Assembly (NCBI GenBank): GCA_944358385.1
Contig: CALVQW010000011.1
Location: forward strand, 237 to 64,236
Origin: an uncultured Clostridia bacterium
GTDB taxonomy: Bacteria > Bacillota > Clostridia > Christensenellales > CAG-917
Length of the DNA stretch: 64,000 nucleotides
Reading direction: 5' to 3'
Shown here: in pieces, positions 37,101 through 40,038 of the stretch
Layout: each line of letters begins with the position of its first letter
Position numbering within the stretch: position 1 is the first letter of the stretch
Notes under the pieces: generated by a model
The model's input: only the letters and a program-made list of their open reading frames with translations
Database searches by the model: none
Told to the model about the DNA's origin: nothing
Made by a program: the position numbers and the translations under genes

Positions 37101-37352
37101 CCCGACCAAGACGTCGGAATAGACATAATGCCCGGTGTCCGAATTGGACTTCCGAGCGGCGTCTATCAGGACGTCCCAAGCCTCCGTAGCACTGAGTGTG
37201 GTGGAATTGTCGGGGACTCCGGTGTCACCGGGTTCCGGCGTCGGAATGACGGGAGCACCGCCGCCCTCTCCGGTCGGGTTGCACGCCGTCAGGATCCCTA
37301 CCGTGAGGCAGAGAATAAGCACGAACAGTAATGCGAACTTCACCTTTCTCAT
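13143..37352 (-). CDS. Giant (8,069 aa) modular predicted surface lipoprotein, no family assigned
   Basis: Single stop-free frame of 24,210 nt. GGAGGG SD 6-7 nt before the ATG (cataggagggaagttatATG). Signal peptide MRKVKFALLFVLILCLTVGILTAC with an LTAC lipobox. Normal acidic/hydrophobic amino-acid composition with recurring sequence motifs, unlike the overlapping frames. It has its own promoter region and terminator. Confidence 0.85.
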   Translation of the reverse strand: MRKVKFALLFVLILCLTVGILTACNPTGEGGGAPVIPTPEPGDTGVPDNSTTLSATEAWDVLIDAARKSNSDTGHYVYSDVLVGLDYAKDAVGYSYAFKVQTAIDLESDTGNQILFELWKKDAEGNLSEVLLGVYYYDSTLVYDCTGLRSGATIVKTDNINATAVVRTLRELLSAPGSDEYKSLAQFILNDLLTMDEGIVAGVMSALPALFGPSRLVTNPDGTQQLTMPVPLSGLLGTVLGGLLTPGPDSLIPEDVYDLVEDILGIDLALLSSIQDLSIYLTADLTADNGEGRELAAVDLGIGVDFDTFGTELEEIYGSQQSRIDISFGGEGIQWNNDTDLAVADVESYLITDRGINVAELTEYSPLTLDLTISLDLALKQLSITPNELIDSFGTLFGLDPKVRESLAAVLDHEINLDGLERTLQLHISAEIDMFNNANTKLLVELTGARAEDVRARIGYSGENEMLFADLSGLLGTGKFYVDGVNLNKLLGGLVEDLVAKAQDAIAGLLTPAETAQYEELVAEIDSQLASGELVRKIAATQSGEPITDTMGLVKAIFNNIVVEMDGNIFNLEKVQIALTQEILDYIWSIAFTGENAGVKIPIDGGVDITYEDVGFGLPKIISLDLDLAAAVGLEQIPTQFASAGVTIALQVGSVADRDHFDAAFAEFAADLTGNEYIRLSSFDAFIDPKTGSLTFSNLDLNEVLANVQTLEIGLQADLDLSAVAGTFANIGYANSNQFLVAVLADFAESFGVDATLKLKAEVTDVQALIGALSGGNIASAIGSLLPSINLYVELAEKDGGATPLRVWLVDGVIYLNTSEKLLGGLSVKADITPFLAASSASEAVSVADEGQTGGGSGSGSTNIPTIPEELVPIIAAADVTLGDLYLDVALGAGLLDILLDLLNVKGVVIEDAVGNPLDLDAAVIIKFNDGLQLAGEDTSEGLSVGVTLGIGENFGLDFTLGGINAAINGQSSIPAIDGEFVDIFADPYVYVSLELGLAADIDANNIKLTEDAYINFPTGMDIDLALTVEGKLDIASLLAALTGGTLPDGYTNETELAIALVNRANMQDGELETLLAAYYADGTIYVDADALIGARVSTKLDIMEMLIGMITHEHADLNDDGICDGCNEAMPAASGQAVSAADEEKPTLDDLYQEDYAMGIFEIMLHVTSKGFTIELAEALTAIVEEALGTDALGEIDAALSLNWSNLISQAKHDGTATEDYLFKARVEASELGSVEVTLSPFKIGLGREVFDDAEVLPATFDPADYKDIGVLLNENNQLDLAGLNIDSVYAELSGKISLEALAADDDTEWTIGSWIGGFLTVDDGTSGTEGGVSQEIKSLIEKLVLSFVIDKSVSAELDFSLRALLRFPEVIDTEDPTLVSYILSHSDIALEISEGGRTLLALYILADETTGSSDLYIYSDEGGIIGGGIIVPGIDIAGLFASDDGKTTGDDQQTKTPAEAAIAVDGTEGGSGSGSGEETDLLGGILAIINSIYMNDEELRVGFGANFLSSLLNMLLAGSGVAIDPENFVKLDPAGSFLTLYYGAGEGAQRDIGIDLSIEADPVKIGLSLGDIGVAINDETKTVKGEGFDSVEFKNIFDSDGVVSLSTTLSLELSLGDTADLVNGELPLGDILAAAGAGIALDFGVSIDDDLTLGLDIKLGANIHFSDADATEIALEVLDSNADPDSADALVLAAYIRGDRLYVDMGMLSDKNFYIENTGVVSKITEAVNKLLKTGQQGISNSEAVAAAEGEEGEDALTALDIVLEAGEGHIALSVTEAVILAIIDAVANNSSEDSATTEEKPDINAIFAALGLDAEAVVDIDFETPAVNIGVDTKYASLGISIVKPYVTNSVNEEVHGKISDIAARDDFQSYTASSMAKFGLNLSVEYSADATYELVSEDEIGNYDLEDRYIKLDDGSYMQSNDGRYVRRPLSLSEIVDVLLDVPAIADGLAGLGNDPDQATLSKLVNALLASLGIELYLDDPIGDSLDINISGLLDLEKLGLSGILADFTLPEPSALDILSALQAEIEIVFNPEQGSDSGAIAIYLINGYIYIDLAPLGGPRISADLFTLLKDFGVELFAGFTRDAASGTGEAVIAAEGDGSSGEESSFDVEGLLNTLVRAVVLRNNVGSAIAGGNIFSDGIGVDVLLPANLLGNIVAFATGKDGYVFEDFILDENDSKISLNVGGASGIELVVSARSNAGFDLSVSANAGLVIDVATPQSVLLSAGERGTFVDMTAAVYNVAGLIKPELGLPDADLGSQRVTLSVAGKVNFETDGEGSYDLGSLLQQYIEDIILELKTDAAFNDGVGFRLTLSADLGKLALDVLADSSIKTTDEKIAKFIEGSDLNTIEVALELLDIDITGNITDEVLAGIYISGGNLYLDGTGIFDVVENYSYVPNFLRFVLDAVKLGQSTHQHVDEDGNGVCDGCNEPMPEEGGETTPDEGSGQAFSAAESVTAADGDTTAIRNAMLQLIYSDSAMQIMLTKSIISMVLATLLPDLGSFADIFDKFEVSLGVDIGRYDYVDISEENEVVFAATESADGEYVAVEAAEGGIIGFTPANGSDAQRYDLVSATTASKGQLYYKAKDGNFYKADPLRYNLYETAAYAPAEEDFAGSYVKVKGSEEYLARDRYTFYTLDGDRRVLVTDLAKVPANTAVYAYRGNTNAEVELGGDGFVVTYDRKYGYVREADGGYLRVYRPYTELSEFYLSLGAHIGTMNVGLSLGGITLDFGDTGSLLPDYVREGKTKAPAKHTGTEGANAYTYENGVYTKVETPAADGEYYYDVPLLPFYDSVITVGGAVEIELAITEGNINFGQMLEGLLGDLGDLVVQIPDTSKGYSSAHLRLDFTLVLDMFDLPASEVQIELYNLSSESGAEVRWLAAHYLNEMLYLDLSFFGLPKLSVPMTEISDMLQGLVDDLLTDSIYQDVEVGSSSAEAVTAADEQSPELDSDLSFEEQVASLLVSKRKLTVAIGNALMRYLLSVIVIGDYTLDDFVYEDLQGGLEITLDLNNGLDIGIGAELMLEGDRYELYTENTTADGARYYIFKEFAGTSAPAEGLFIYDSDTGMYREANQAETRDGLEEGSAIILYQRFEAARNAENNGWVYYTYAAGDEDKWFFDEEKDAYLDSTATGVVKPASATLYTRTETAAEVEDNVFLFIPAVDANANDYDTVLTLDLNVGDIDLYFTETRDFTLDRDELEEFYDFNSLDTVSLSETISLDLLFAGDSPIDLTALLEYLFPDSEYDFDAVIDVVTGDDNNNSAVSDILRGIDITVSLEFKLGAFINYLRSLAARYDLSYAEETEDGEEIRVALEALGDDIDLITFINVIRSLIGAKKVPDASGSIYYEDANVDDLLGLEDFLNFANASVEISATSNDGTPVHTLLGVYFTLGDNEGTPVEDYDGNVTLDRYSHYFAADNGLYGYVGVKKDTDGTADGYMLISKFAEKGIMYNEKEHGRYARDDSFLYPDEKGTVVREHAGLYVDLSYFGQPGVYMNLTELLAFISGLMDQPLSLSEGEAVTAADPAGDGSTTEGGGFSLPIDLGALLGTDINLELPLLTEQIAAYVRAFLFGIRITSTYIRILVQTDYLNQLLTILLGESPFAEDMVFDQSYVGINVDVNNYLYAQISSASTDEIEFSDTRFAIEESEDGTYYLYYDQTTEESYYQLRSDMTPAEEKAYIDGGGKFYDITPIDVYLNVGGEKVLASEASNTDWVRAETYEDGGDIANEALIGTYKFYVDLDSPDAIYAKENAGLDKDGFAELGTGDSIYVVYPSANKKPLIEASIWLWGHNLGLGIEMPVTDAARYTYEEVGERNGAYVMEENFTYTHDTANAHDGSHYLYYRGHYYKITQNDLKVLDGGVYSSVTGKTWDAFQTNPYSGDFYLHVRAVGEGFSAYILINEADVYKKEKYGETYRYVGEGKGNYTRNATTSLVTVPEYRVYADNIIDDFDIAAGENEDATFVYDEEAEGFVSVATAREAYTAVAGEGDSFEAYLAENYRSKDGTAVFYEGEKIVYGDTGELYYINVVIRGSISLSQHVAYFTKDEYPGGEAALPAQAYALVRGEYVPYDATKHAGLDKYYAYTASSTELGKVLGAIVGELDADFIVDEGYSAVLPFEIRATVKIDYRSSAEDAYDTLYVAGLELAIDLWRTEADNGTLTHVLGLYYLSDVWNIGDNTDVGVGEDQTGKDVVNSAALYVDLSWFFGPSAKVRVDLSQYTVEELLNDKVLSGLQKGDETAPDGSGEAVTAAASNEVVDPDGATVLLNIFSRKIALQASAGFLKLLVGMLAPNTAATLNEVLPNLSIGVDISAAPYDLTIGATLFNDDNVGLLDLGLTLNLFGTSDKTTGMQISFGSLEDYADLSKANFEAKVKEYMFYQSMFSRVDEDDIKAAPEGTVFYKTTEDKEYAVIEGGKVAALAHAKDHAVYVYDDAPTYTLFVSDYARATAPDGERYHLVSNTESTVYVPLLDKAAYDAVAGKLNLYRLNYTAPAGDRFSDLGTLSYSGIGTELNASSAGNYIDYLGDGSGKGTALLYVRLNNLRSNGPAREALLATESGKTVFDKLNIDTDGNIEAVDNVVVAASFYVKESGGLYRKTDVFGNYQNILSLDLGTLLNSKGNENLAKDPTHKHEYDAVTHVCACGAVDALALVLEGVQAGGLSSIELGAELSLDLSFRDAINWTRQMTELMRVDGGTQDYFAMMLSSMALNSANFVSAIGMDIKLAVRLKTEGVFEALPSLLAGGNVAAADILPMLRGAMIYLEIALDTNFFGEAIADAAPIQLWVEVSDDDELYLNIYLIAPDLGTVTGLTGEYGDFFAQGVKLENAISLIDLIPVEAAAEDATDEAVIAAESSGGGIVIDTTGKDVGMVPDNIWGVLDLLLGEVILTHDMLSVGITEDLLGGLIGALVPEFPAEDIKYLPTFKVTGGADSSGIKLLVGDADLTVKVELGIVGGFDDFASVSEIEKALSNASSSDTLNNLLYKESVYKINADNLPEFLGEARVIAHEDADGNVTYTLLEKVERTVTVPPTEEGGEETTVSKTVYTDGTNDYELDDPRVSVIISTSEYALAPNASPAEVWLGTRYEFTGIEDGKPVFTDLSYEESYKNGAFKSDPKGEYILVPEDSDLGSFESVDEDGNKVMVEYAGTYMLAERYTALGGEVTDDIRYALDASKIRGEYVRLGDVNIALELGGLYLSVNQPFSAGIVDSEGQRIYGYRDMLNIAGAKEVPGIRLHTEIEVGFWGNEGSGLNLGELIDMLLGIDALKQLLGGVELVGTDLTLDITGDFGSQTEAYFTVALDAYFDFTGNLQAKLTVYRGDVALLGVILAYDAIYIDLGGVLGETVKARISDLGLTAMLQDALSGVFDSVGQGSGEASIAAIDTAAGMTLHDYAYIAAMINPGYFSLQLTLAAVQAIIEKVNADNPDLALDLELPDLGDIMLESYGGGKGGSMLALNFKMSEDFGVSIDITKVNIGTERIYTTDDLYFNKDTGDYIVREDGEEVAYKQLLNVDTGDLADDLTLSATGNINLSMTSEGLKPGDDDYDNSLAGWVIGLLTDMLGANSFFVSPFTTADEEYIKYEGPLYTKGEDSTGATVYNQVGTTIAGDTAQFLDTDGETKRNYSDYPELYRTTMIEATFASGDINLGIELEANINLGAIIAAGLGGILFSDLRVAVTLGEPFNTTILEVYYLGSSRLVKQGNIYDLKAEAELTAQQQGAFSDAIYIDASGLGLGKIKFQGIAGLLGGNVGNAYQGVYQSGAATAAEPEDTDAPAEETTTISIALGIDLAENYIGINIDKSLIDFVLNNLLGETLATAGISSLPDIQSLELAFAFGTSSVDSISLDATVDGAGTGLHLTIDDLALGLENTLDTEDLVNKVKKQFAGITYSKTAGVMTLLQSLLEGINPNLSINIDRRAETVILDTTGKSYTGVGRDLQAKKVKTNSTVSLVSSYGFVGRTGNGLGALGGTTSINDYMITLGLTANHPESASDETMKATVYFGNNNAVLADVEVGSLGWADGLGDAMGLLNWIDLGHVIGSGQLFPSFAYGDDRDTGSWSYGTPVATTASDGAAHTSADGTQLYGVGLNMQNGKVVTNDYTGDNSLTYASSFTTPAKASATNVNKPYKYAKSEDGTSWTSGYSYKDGDLMSILNGLVNKVEVNLFNRNGYQPYLSGMDYVDPGDPAKTDASLVSVKVELTKDGYNELMIFLYTTILSLFHVAIDVNGQTTLNIDGGGTLSTGVAAHESNTKFYYFSYDGPQWLMGGALLESNYDFSKVIRRHNASNSEGPGQWVISNLFAELDSIDYIEGISEHEKTELRVQLLTPYVRSIPVALFSWVIRDLYHLGAFVSGLAGDVRKAFGSLTALISTLLPTFASYDDSPNPSLNIYIDLNPQAEMYGFNDGRVVAPGIQAIELMVNAEKYEYNGGKTLNGVNDSGGEISNQTLYKDPNNNNSHGTLKEAYVLSINPRNLVTPDEANKVSKFSGEGLFSLLEASGLSGGSLGLDGYSIEVDDVGTKSATVYNNGSSVNSGTLNADLLLGANLPTTANVILVGQSGGAHNVPITWDAGALDFSPSALKENNRLAGYVYGYALNLVVAMIPVYVTGGQYFEGVYEVDKGGKGAAVSLDWAGGDTAIADDLVYIEFRNGTGYVFGKQAVDAEGNPLTAVLRTGAGQYQQTNGVYNIYPLYTALAAMNGDELEQVTLGGVDYYVIDTALSGGVLPVGTFSWDLNGLDYGWDGTDGGETVTVGISYQWGFSATQTHDVTLSISSALIDSVESGYDYTDTKFKTAYSSWSVFAEALGLTDMTLAQARTAIKEYFLRDLVGITGGNFVTADGGRGGEIGSRTVVGWDLTELLNAMARRPGRNVTVDITMYVDGFNVWKELQETDLGVGGAWEYVRGFADDFLINVKDAWVMNPSADQVKEALGDVPDNMGFVAAAQPVTVTISIGEEGGFEWATPAAPAPAPTPDTYVFSDGSSATQQDGVMTYTITTAAQLYGAMPESGSVVQPDGTAMKAKFDWNGFVYDTTRTSDVAHLTVSASGETVDTDVLVTLADNEEVNDAVEGGTPEGGDTATEYGVITEIVSPAYRAMSVDPMEYGTLGAFIAANRPALTYDKVNEETGETEEVKGDTLQVELADGREITVYVVSWSDKLASDVALPLAGARYPDNIATFEDADGNLYQAVVPIVINERVIVDTEIVLPDTFKLVSETRRFSDDVRRYADRTNGQVIEVSYSRDTHLPTGITVMNVYRYADEEVFSGTDEAVKIAVTFEAGNEVIEYTFDIKDLPEVKSAASEVSKDCGYELRNASGTAAAFSGTLEVTFSALRVNAGNLLSDIAYGDLDGTAVGTYQDFAPYKDMYMGDDLLPTPHETNGTKLTSNVRVFIDGRFVPVTALDSYIGTAEDMDAPRYVELKDASGKGYRYDADGNFDADGTYAYVYAAEYTFAAGDLTWNHSGITYNYLGGNRNTSVTVSTHSGVTGTITMPIRIVNGTVTDVTFTAVDGSYAGYFGGDKGNSDYFAENFKNGVYTFDPFDGLDIDEPVMRKEVVEGKEVDVFDYYVYIPKTVDLKTESGAVINGVEVEWINLAAVRNSYRGGSFDVRFNVPAPVVTTTAEDGTESKSSPFGAQNYTWDGFINVIERTIVDGTTIADDTDGLLDSLPATGRVWKEGEYSGEAPKQTCIDPIEFNITSFRTQLEAAVPTVYAKITGMDAPVAFDLNDADRNGFTLTWVYTDMTVNYLGGLVTLVARLTGPDGYSQDYEIEYLVSRRVVAMLEEYDKINKQVVSGGEKKVFEVNTDSENFGRSIDVDKATLPNVYTGQTASAKYTVQPYDPSTFSLPNAWRITYAVQDPEIDENGNIVWKNVWRTDADTEKWCISSYLSPTMPTGANITYELAKNGTDSAGDAMIRVESGQRVRISVEVEPKGEYKGDGKIGLIDGKLRASVDGYSIVWYGRVFIDGASYIVSFSAADADSSGNIPLPKIAGRPATYVLTPYIGAVTNANGKVLDWASGGYLPTTSQATITGYDTAEDQYKTLGEGVGDKIQSGYVDKGRKVPAGKVGYTRSFSVDPNGGVSETTN
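13146..17700 (-). other. C-terminal ~1,500 aa of the giant protein: array of beta-sandwich/Ig-like-looking units
   Basis: At least 7 units with a recurring pattern [VL]-x-W-x(5-15)-Y-x-G-G ... V-x-V. Examples: VPITWDAGALDF, GTFSWDLNGLDYGWDG, KAKFDWNGFVYD, YVVSWSDKLASD, DLTWNHSGITYNYLGGNRNTSVTV, VEVEWINLAAVRNSYRGGSFDV, FTLTWVYTDMTVNYLGGLVTLV. The fold assignment is inference only. Confidence 0.4.
20076..34826 (-). repeat. Twelve recurrences of an E-A-V-[T/I/S]-A-A-[D/E]-type linker heptad spacing the modules of the giant protein
   Basis: Heptads read at: 34806-34826 EAVSVAD; 33924-33944 QAVSAAD; 32952-32972 EAAIAVD; 32100-32120 EAVAAAE; 31050-31070 EAVIAAE; 29967-29987 ESVTAAD (plus QAFSAAE at 29984-30004); 28524-28544 EAVTAAD; 26781-26801 EAVTAAD; 24603-24623 EAVTAAA; 22809-22829 EAVIAAE; 21225-21248 EASIAAID; 20076-20096 GAATAAE. 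Confidence 0.8.
37281..37352 (-). other. Lipoprotein signal peptide of the giant protein (lipobox L-T-A-C, Cys24)
   Basis: Positively charged n-region (RKVK), a hydrophobic core, then LTAC followed by NPTGEGGG. This matches the signal peptidase II consensus. Confidence 0.75.
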
Positions 37353-37414
37353 AACTTCCCTCCTATGCCTTTACGCACGCCTGAATGCGCCTGCATAGAT
37401 AATAATACAGGCAA

Positions 37415-37466
37415 ATTATACGCACGCCCGAAGGGCGTTATATGAGGTGTTAAATATAATTAACAA
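37415..37466 (-). promoter_or_regulatory. Candidate promoter region of the giant gene
   Basis: Two overlapping candidates on the minus strand. One is TTGTTA (37461-37466), an 18-nt spacer, then TATAAC (37437-37442). The other is a perfect TATAAT (37415-37420) with a poor -35. The hairpin acgcccttcgggcgt lies between them. Confidence 0.4.
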
Positions 37467-37852
37467 AACCTTAAATCCGTGAAAACCTCAGAATTTTACC
37501 CGAAAAAACCGCAAAATCGCTTTTTCACCCATTTTTTACCCCCTTTTCCCTCTCCGCTTCCCGATAACGACTACACATGCGCCGCATTCAGATGCGGGAT
37601 TTCGCGCCGTTTACCGCGCCGTATCCCGACTGATTTCGCGCCCTACCCGATTCGGGATCCCGCGCCGGAACACGTGCGTATCTCGCTCCGCATCCCGTGC
37701 TGGATCGCAGCGGAAATTTTATGCGACATTTTGTGCGCATTCGACATATCTCGGTGTTTTTCAAATCATTTTAGCAAATAAACAGCGCATTTTTGCAACA
37801 TCGTGTCGCAGCGCGCTCCTTTCCGCTTCCCCGATCTTCCGACATTTTCCGA

Positions 37853-37880
37853 CAAAAAAAGCCCCCGCAAAGGGAGCTTG
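37853..37880 (-). terminator. Rho-independent terminator downstream of the GH20-DUF4380-PIG-L operon
   Basis: The minus strand reads agcuccc-uuugc-gggggcu (7-bp stem with one G-U pair) followed by UUUUUUU. It sits about 230 nt after the PIG-L stop. Confidence 0.55.
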
Positions 37881-38110
37881 TCCGGGGCACGGTGAAACGA
37901 CCGAAAAGGCAGGAACGCGGGAGCGGAACACAGGACGGTACGGGTGGTATCCCGCGCTCTGCTTTACAAGATCGCGGCGACACTGTGTGCGAGCCTTTGC
38001 CGCTCGGCATTATCGCGGCTCAAAGCAAAAGTCGCGCTATAAATGTCCGATCCTCCGCCGCGCCGCGATCTCAACTTCCCGCAAAGCCGCAGCGTCCCAC
38101 CGCCGCAACG

Positions 38111-38902
38111 TCAGATGTGCAGATCGCGGCGGAAATCGGCTATCTTCTCCTCCGCGAACTCCGCGATGTCGCCGCCGTCCAGCAGGCACGTCATGTCTAC
38201 GCCGTAGACGAGCGCGGTGGCGGCGTCCCCCTCGTGACTTTGGTAGAAAGTGGCGTTGGCGGCACGTCGGGCAAGGGATGCGATGTCGTAGCGTTTGACG
38301 GCGTTCTGGGAGACGAAACAGGACATCAGCGAGGCAGCCAGCGCGTCCGAACCGCTGACATCCATAGCCACTTTGTCCGCATCCGTGAGCCAGTCGAGGT
38401 CCCGCCACAGCTCGCAGCCCAGCACTCTTGCGGGACGCAGGGCGGGAGGAAGCAAACGCGCCGCCTGCAAGGCAAGCACGCATGCCGCAACGTGGGTGGG
38501 ATGACTGTCGAAGGGGTTGTGGATGTAGAGAGTCTCCAAAGGGGGAAGCTCCCGCATTATCGCGGCAAGCTCCTCGACGAGCGCACCGCCTTCCTTCGCC
38601 GCGCGTTTGACCTCGGCGGAAGTTTTCTCGAACAGCCACAGAGCCTCATATGCCCCCGCTTCCGCGGCACGTTTTTGCTCGGCGGAACGTAAAAGTGCCA
38701 TGTCCTCGTCGCTGACTGCGGCATACGCTCCCGAACGCGGGCATTGTCCGCCGTCCGTGAGGACTGCGGCGGCAAACCCGCCCTCCGCATACGCCTTGAA
38801 AATGCCGTCCAGCGCGAACATCTCGATGTCGTCCTTGTGCGCGGACACGGCAAGAAACCTCACGGGCGCGCCTTTCGCGCTCCTCGGCACATACTTTTCC
38901 AT
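38111..38902 (-). CDS. PIG-L/LmbE-family N-acetylglucosaminyl deacetylase
   Basis: Start trimmed to MEKYVPRS (ATG 38900-38902), with AGGAGGAAGT directly upstream. AHKDDIE matches the [AP]HxDD zinc-site motif. A later HPTH segment is also present. Confidence 0.75.
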   Translation of the reverse strand: MEKYVPRSAKGAPVRFLAVSAHKDDIEMFALDGIFKAYAEGGFAAAVLTDGGQCPRSGAYAAVSDEDMALLRSAEQKRAAEAGAYEALWLFEKTSAEVKRAAKEGGALVEELAAIMRELPPLETLYIHNPFDSHPTHVAACVLALQAARLLPPALRPARVLGCELWRDLDWLTDADKVAMDVSGSDALAASLMSCFVSQNAVKRYDIASLARRAANATFYQSHEGDAATALVYGVDMTCLLDGGDIAEFAEEKIADFRRDLHI

Positions 38903-38926
38903 ACTTCCTCCTGCGGCGATGCCGCA

Positions 38927-38993
38927 ACACGATACGTGTTTTACCCGCATGCGGAGCAAAGGGCATTGCCCTCGCTTACGACACGATACGTGT
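38927..38993. promoter_or_regulatory. Pair of identical 13-bp palindromes ACACGATACGTGT (candidate operator sites)
   Basis: Exact copies at 38927-38939 and 38981-38993 (54 bp centre to centre), each followed by tttacccgc within 0-20 nt. A degenerate third copy, gatacgaaacgtgt, lies at 39043-39056. All are in the DUF4380-like/PIG-L intergenic region. Confidence 0.35.
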
Positions 38994-39060
38994 GATATTC
39001 CGTTCGTTTACCCGCTCATTTGCCGCCGTCGGCGCGGAGCGGGATACGAAACGTGTTTTT

Positions 39061-39936
39061 TTATGCTTTGCGCGCCGCTTCCGCGATCGCGGGGATCTCG
39101 GCAAGCGGACGGACGGAGAGCCGCTCAGTCATGGTGTGGCTCTCGCCCTCATCGAGGGAGACCGCAGCCGAGAGCCATTCCACTTCCAAGATGTGGGAGT
39201 TGGTGTAGCTCTCGAAATTGCAGTGGAAGTCGCCGTACACGCCCTCCTCCGGCACGCACTCCCATTTCATCGCCTTGTCGCCCACGACATAGTACGCCTC
39301 CCCCTTCTTTGCGAAGGTGCCGATCTTGATGGCGTCCTCGCGCTCCGTCTGACGGAGGGTGAGATAGCCGTCCTTCACGGCAAGGCGTTCGTCGGCGGGA
39401 TCGTTGTAGGGCCAGGTGACCAAATTCCACACGGGATTGAGATCGTCAACGGGATCATTGAGAGGCAGCACAAGGGTGCCGCCCTTGCGCACTACGGTCA
39501 GTCCCCACACGGCGAGAGTGCGGCGCGCGCTCTTGTTGGTGACGGTGTTGCGCACCGTGAGAGTGCCGTCCCCCGAAAGATCGAGATCGAGGGAATAGTC
39601 CAGCCACTTTGCGACGCGGCAGGTGAAAGTGCCGCCGCACTCGCGCTCGACCACCTCGACGGGGAAATTGTCGGGAGTGTAAGTCTCAAGGTCCTCCGGC
39701 GACTTCCACACGCGGTGTCCGCCGTAAAGATACCATGTCGCGCCCTTTCCGTAATGCGTGTCGAAGAACTCGCCGCCCTTGGAGACGTTGCGGTCGATGT
39801 CCTCGTTCATAAAGTTCAGCTCCTCGGTACCGAACCAGATGATGCGCGGACCGATGTCCAGCGTCACCATGACTTTGACTCCGCCGCGACGAAACACGGC
39901 GCAATTCCCGTAATTGGCATGATTTTCCGTTTTCAT
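39061..39936 (-). CDS. Hypothetical protein, DUF4380-like (galactose-mutarotase-like fold suspected)
   Basis: 291 aa with normal composition. GPRIIWFG and YGGHRVWKSPED segments recall DUF4380/aldose-epimerase-like proteins. No strong SD. Confidence 0.4.
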   Translation of the reverse strand: MKTENHANYGNCAVFRRGGVKVMVTLDIGPRIIWFGTEELNFMNEDIDRNVSKGGEFFDTHYGKGATWYLYGGHRVWKSPEDLETYTPDNFPVEVVERECGGTFTCRVAKWLDYSLDLDLSGDGTLTVRNTVTNKSARRTLAVWGLTVVRKGGTLVLPLNDPVDDLNPVWNLVTWPYNDPADERLAVKDGYLTLRQTEREDAIKIGTFAKKGEAYYVVGDKAMKWECVPEEGVYGDFHCNFESYTNSHILEVEWLSAAVSLDEGESHTMTERLSVRPLAEIPAIAEAARKA

Positions 39937-40038
39937 TTTTGTCGCGGAGCATCCGCTCCGCCCCCTTGTTGTTTATAGTTAATATATCCGCCGCCCGACC
40001 TTTCGGGACGGACGGCGGGGAAAGTCGGCTCTGTTCTC

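Noticed and set aside
13113-37331. Very long plus-strand ORFs opposite the giant gene: 13113..18227 (1704 aa), 19677..24269 (1530 aa), 24705..35048 (3447 aa), 35139..37331 (730 aa), plus 18345..18569 and 18597..19520
   Set aside because: All lie in the exact codon-for-codon antisense register of the minus-strand gene (coordinates congruent to 0 mod 3). Stops can arise there only from sense TTA, CTA or TCA codons, which this GC-rich gene almost never uses. Their translations are R/G/V/D/H/A-rich with no SD or signal features. The minus frame has an SD, a lipobox and recurring motifs.
13143-37352. Idea that the giant protein is an AsmA/TamB/VPS13-like repeating-beta-groove lipid bridge, or an Rhs/YD-repeat toxin
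   Set aside because: The strand-then-amphipathic-helix pattern at module starts and the Y/D-G-rich inserts prompted these ideas. However, I cannot match either consensus. The protein is far longer than any envelope span. No Rhs core or toxin tip motifs (such as PxxxxDPxGL) were seen. The question is left to fold prediction.
37479-38010. ORFs 37479..37781 (+) and 37771..38010 (-) between the giant gene and the PIG-L gene; similarly 51137..51719 (-) ORFs in the 51-kb spacer
   Set aside because: They have no SD and P/R/C-rich low-complexity translations. They overlap predicted promoter, terminator and repeat elements.
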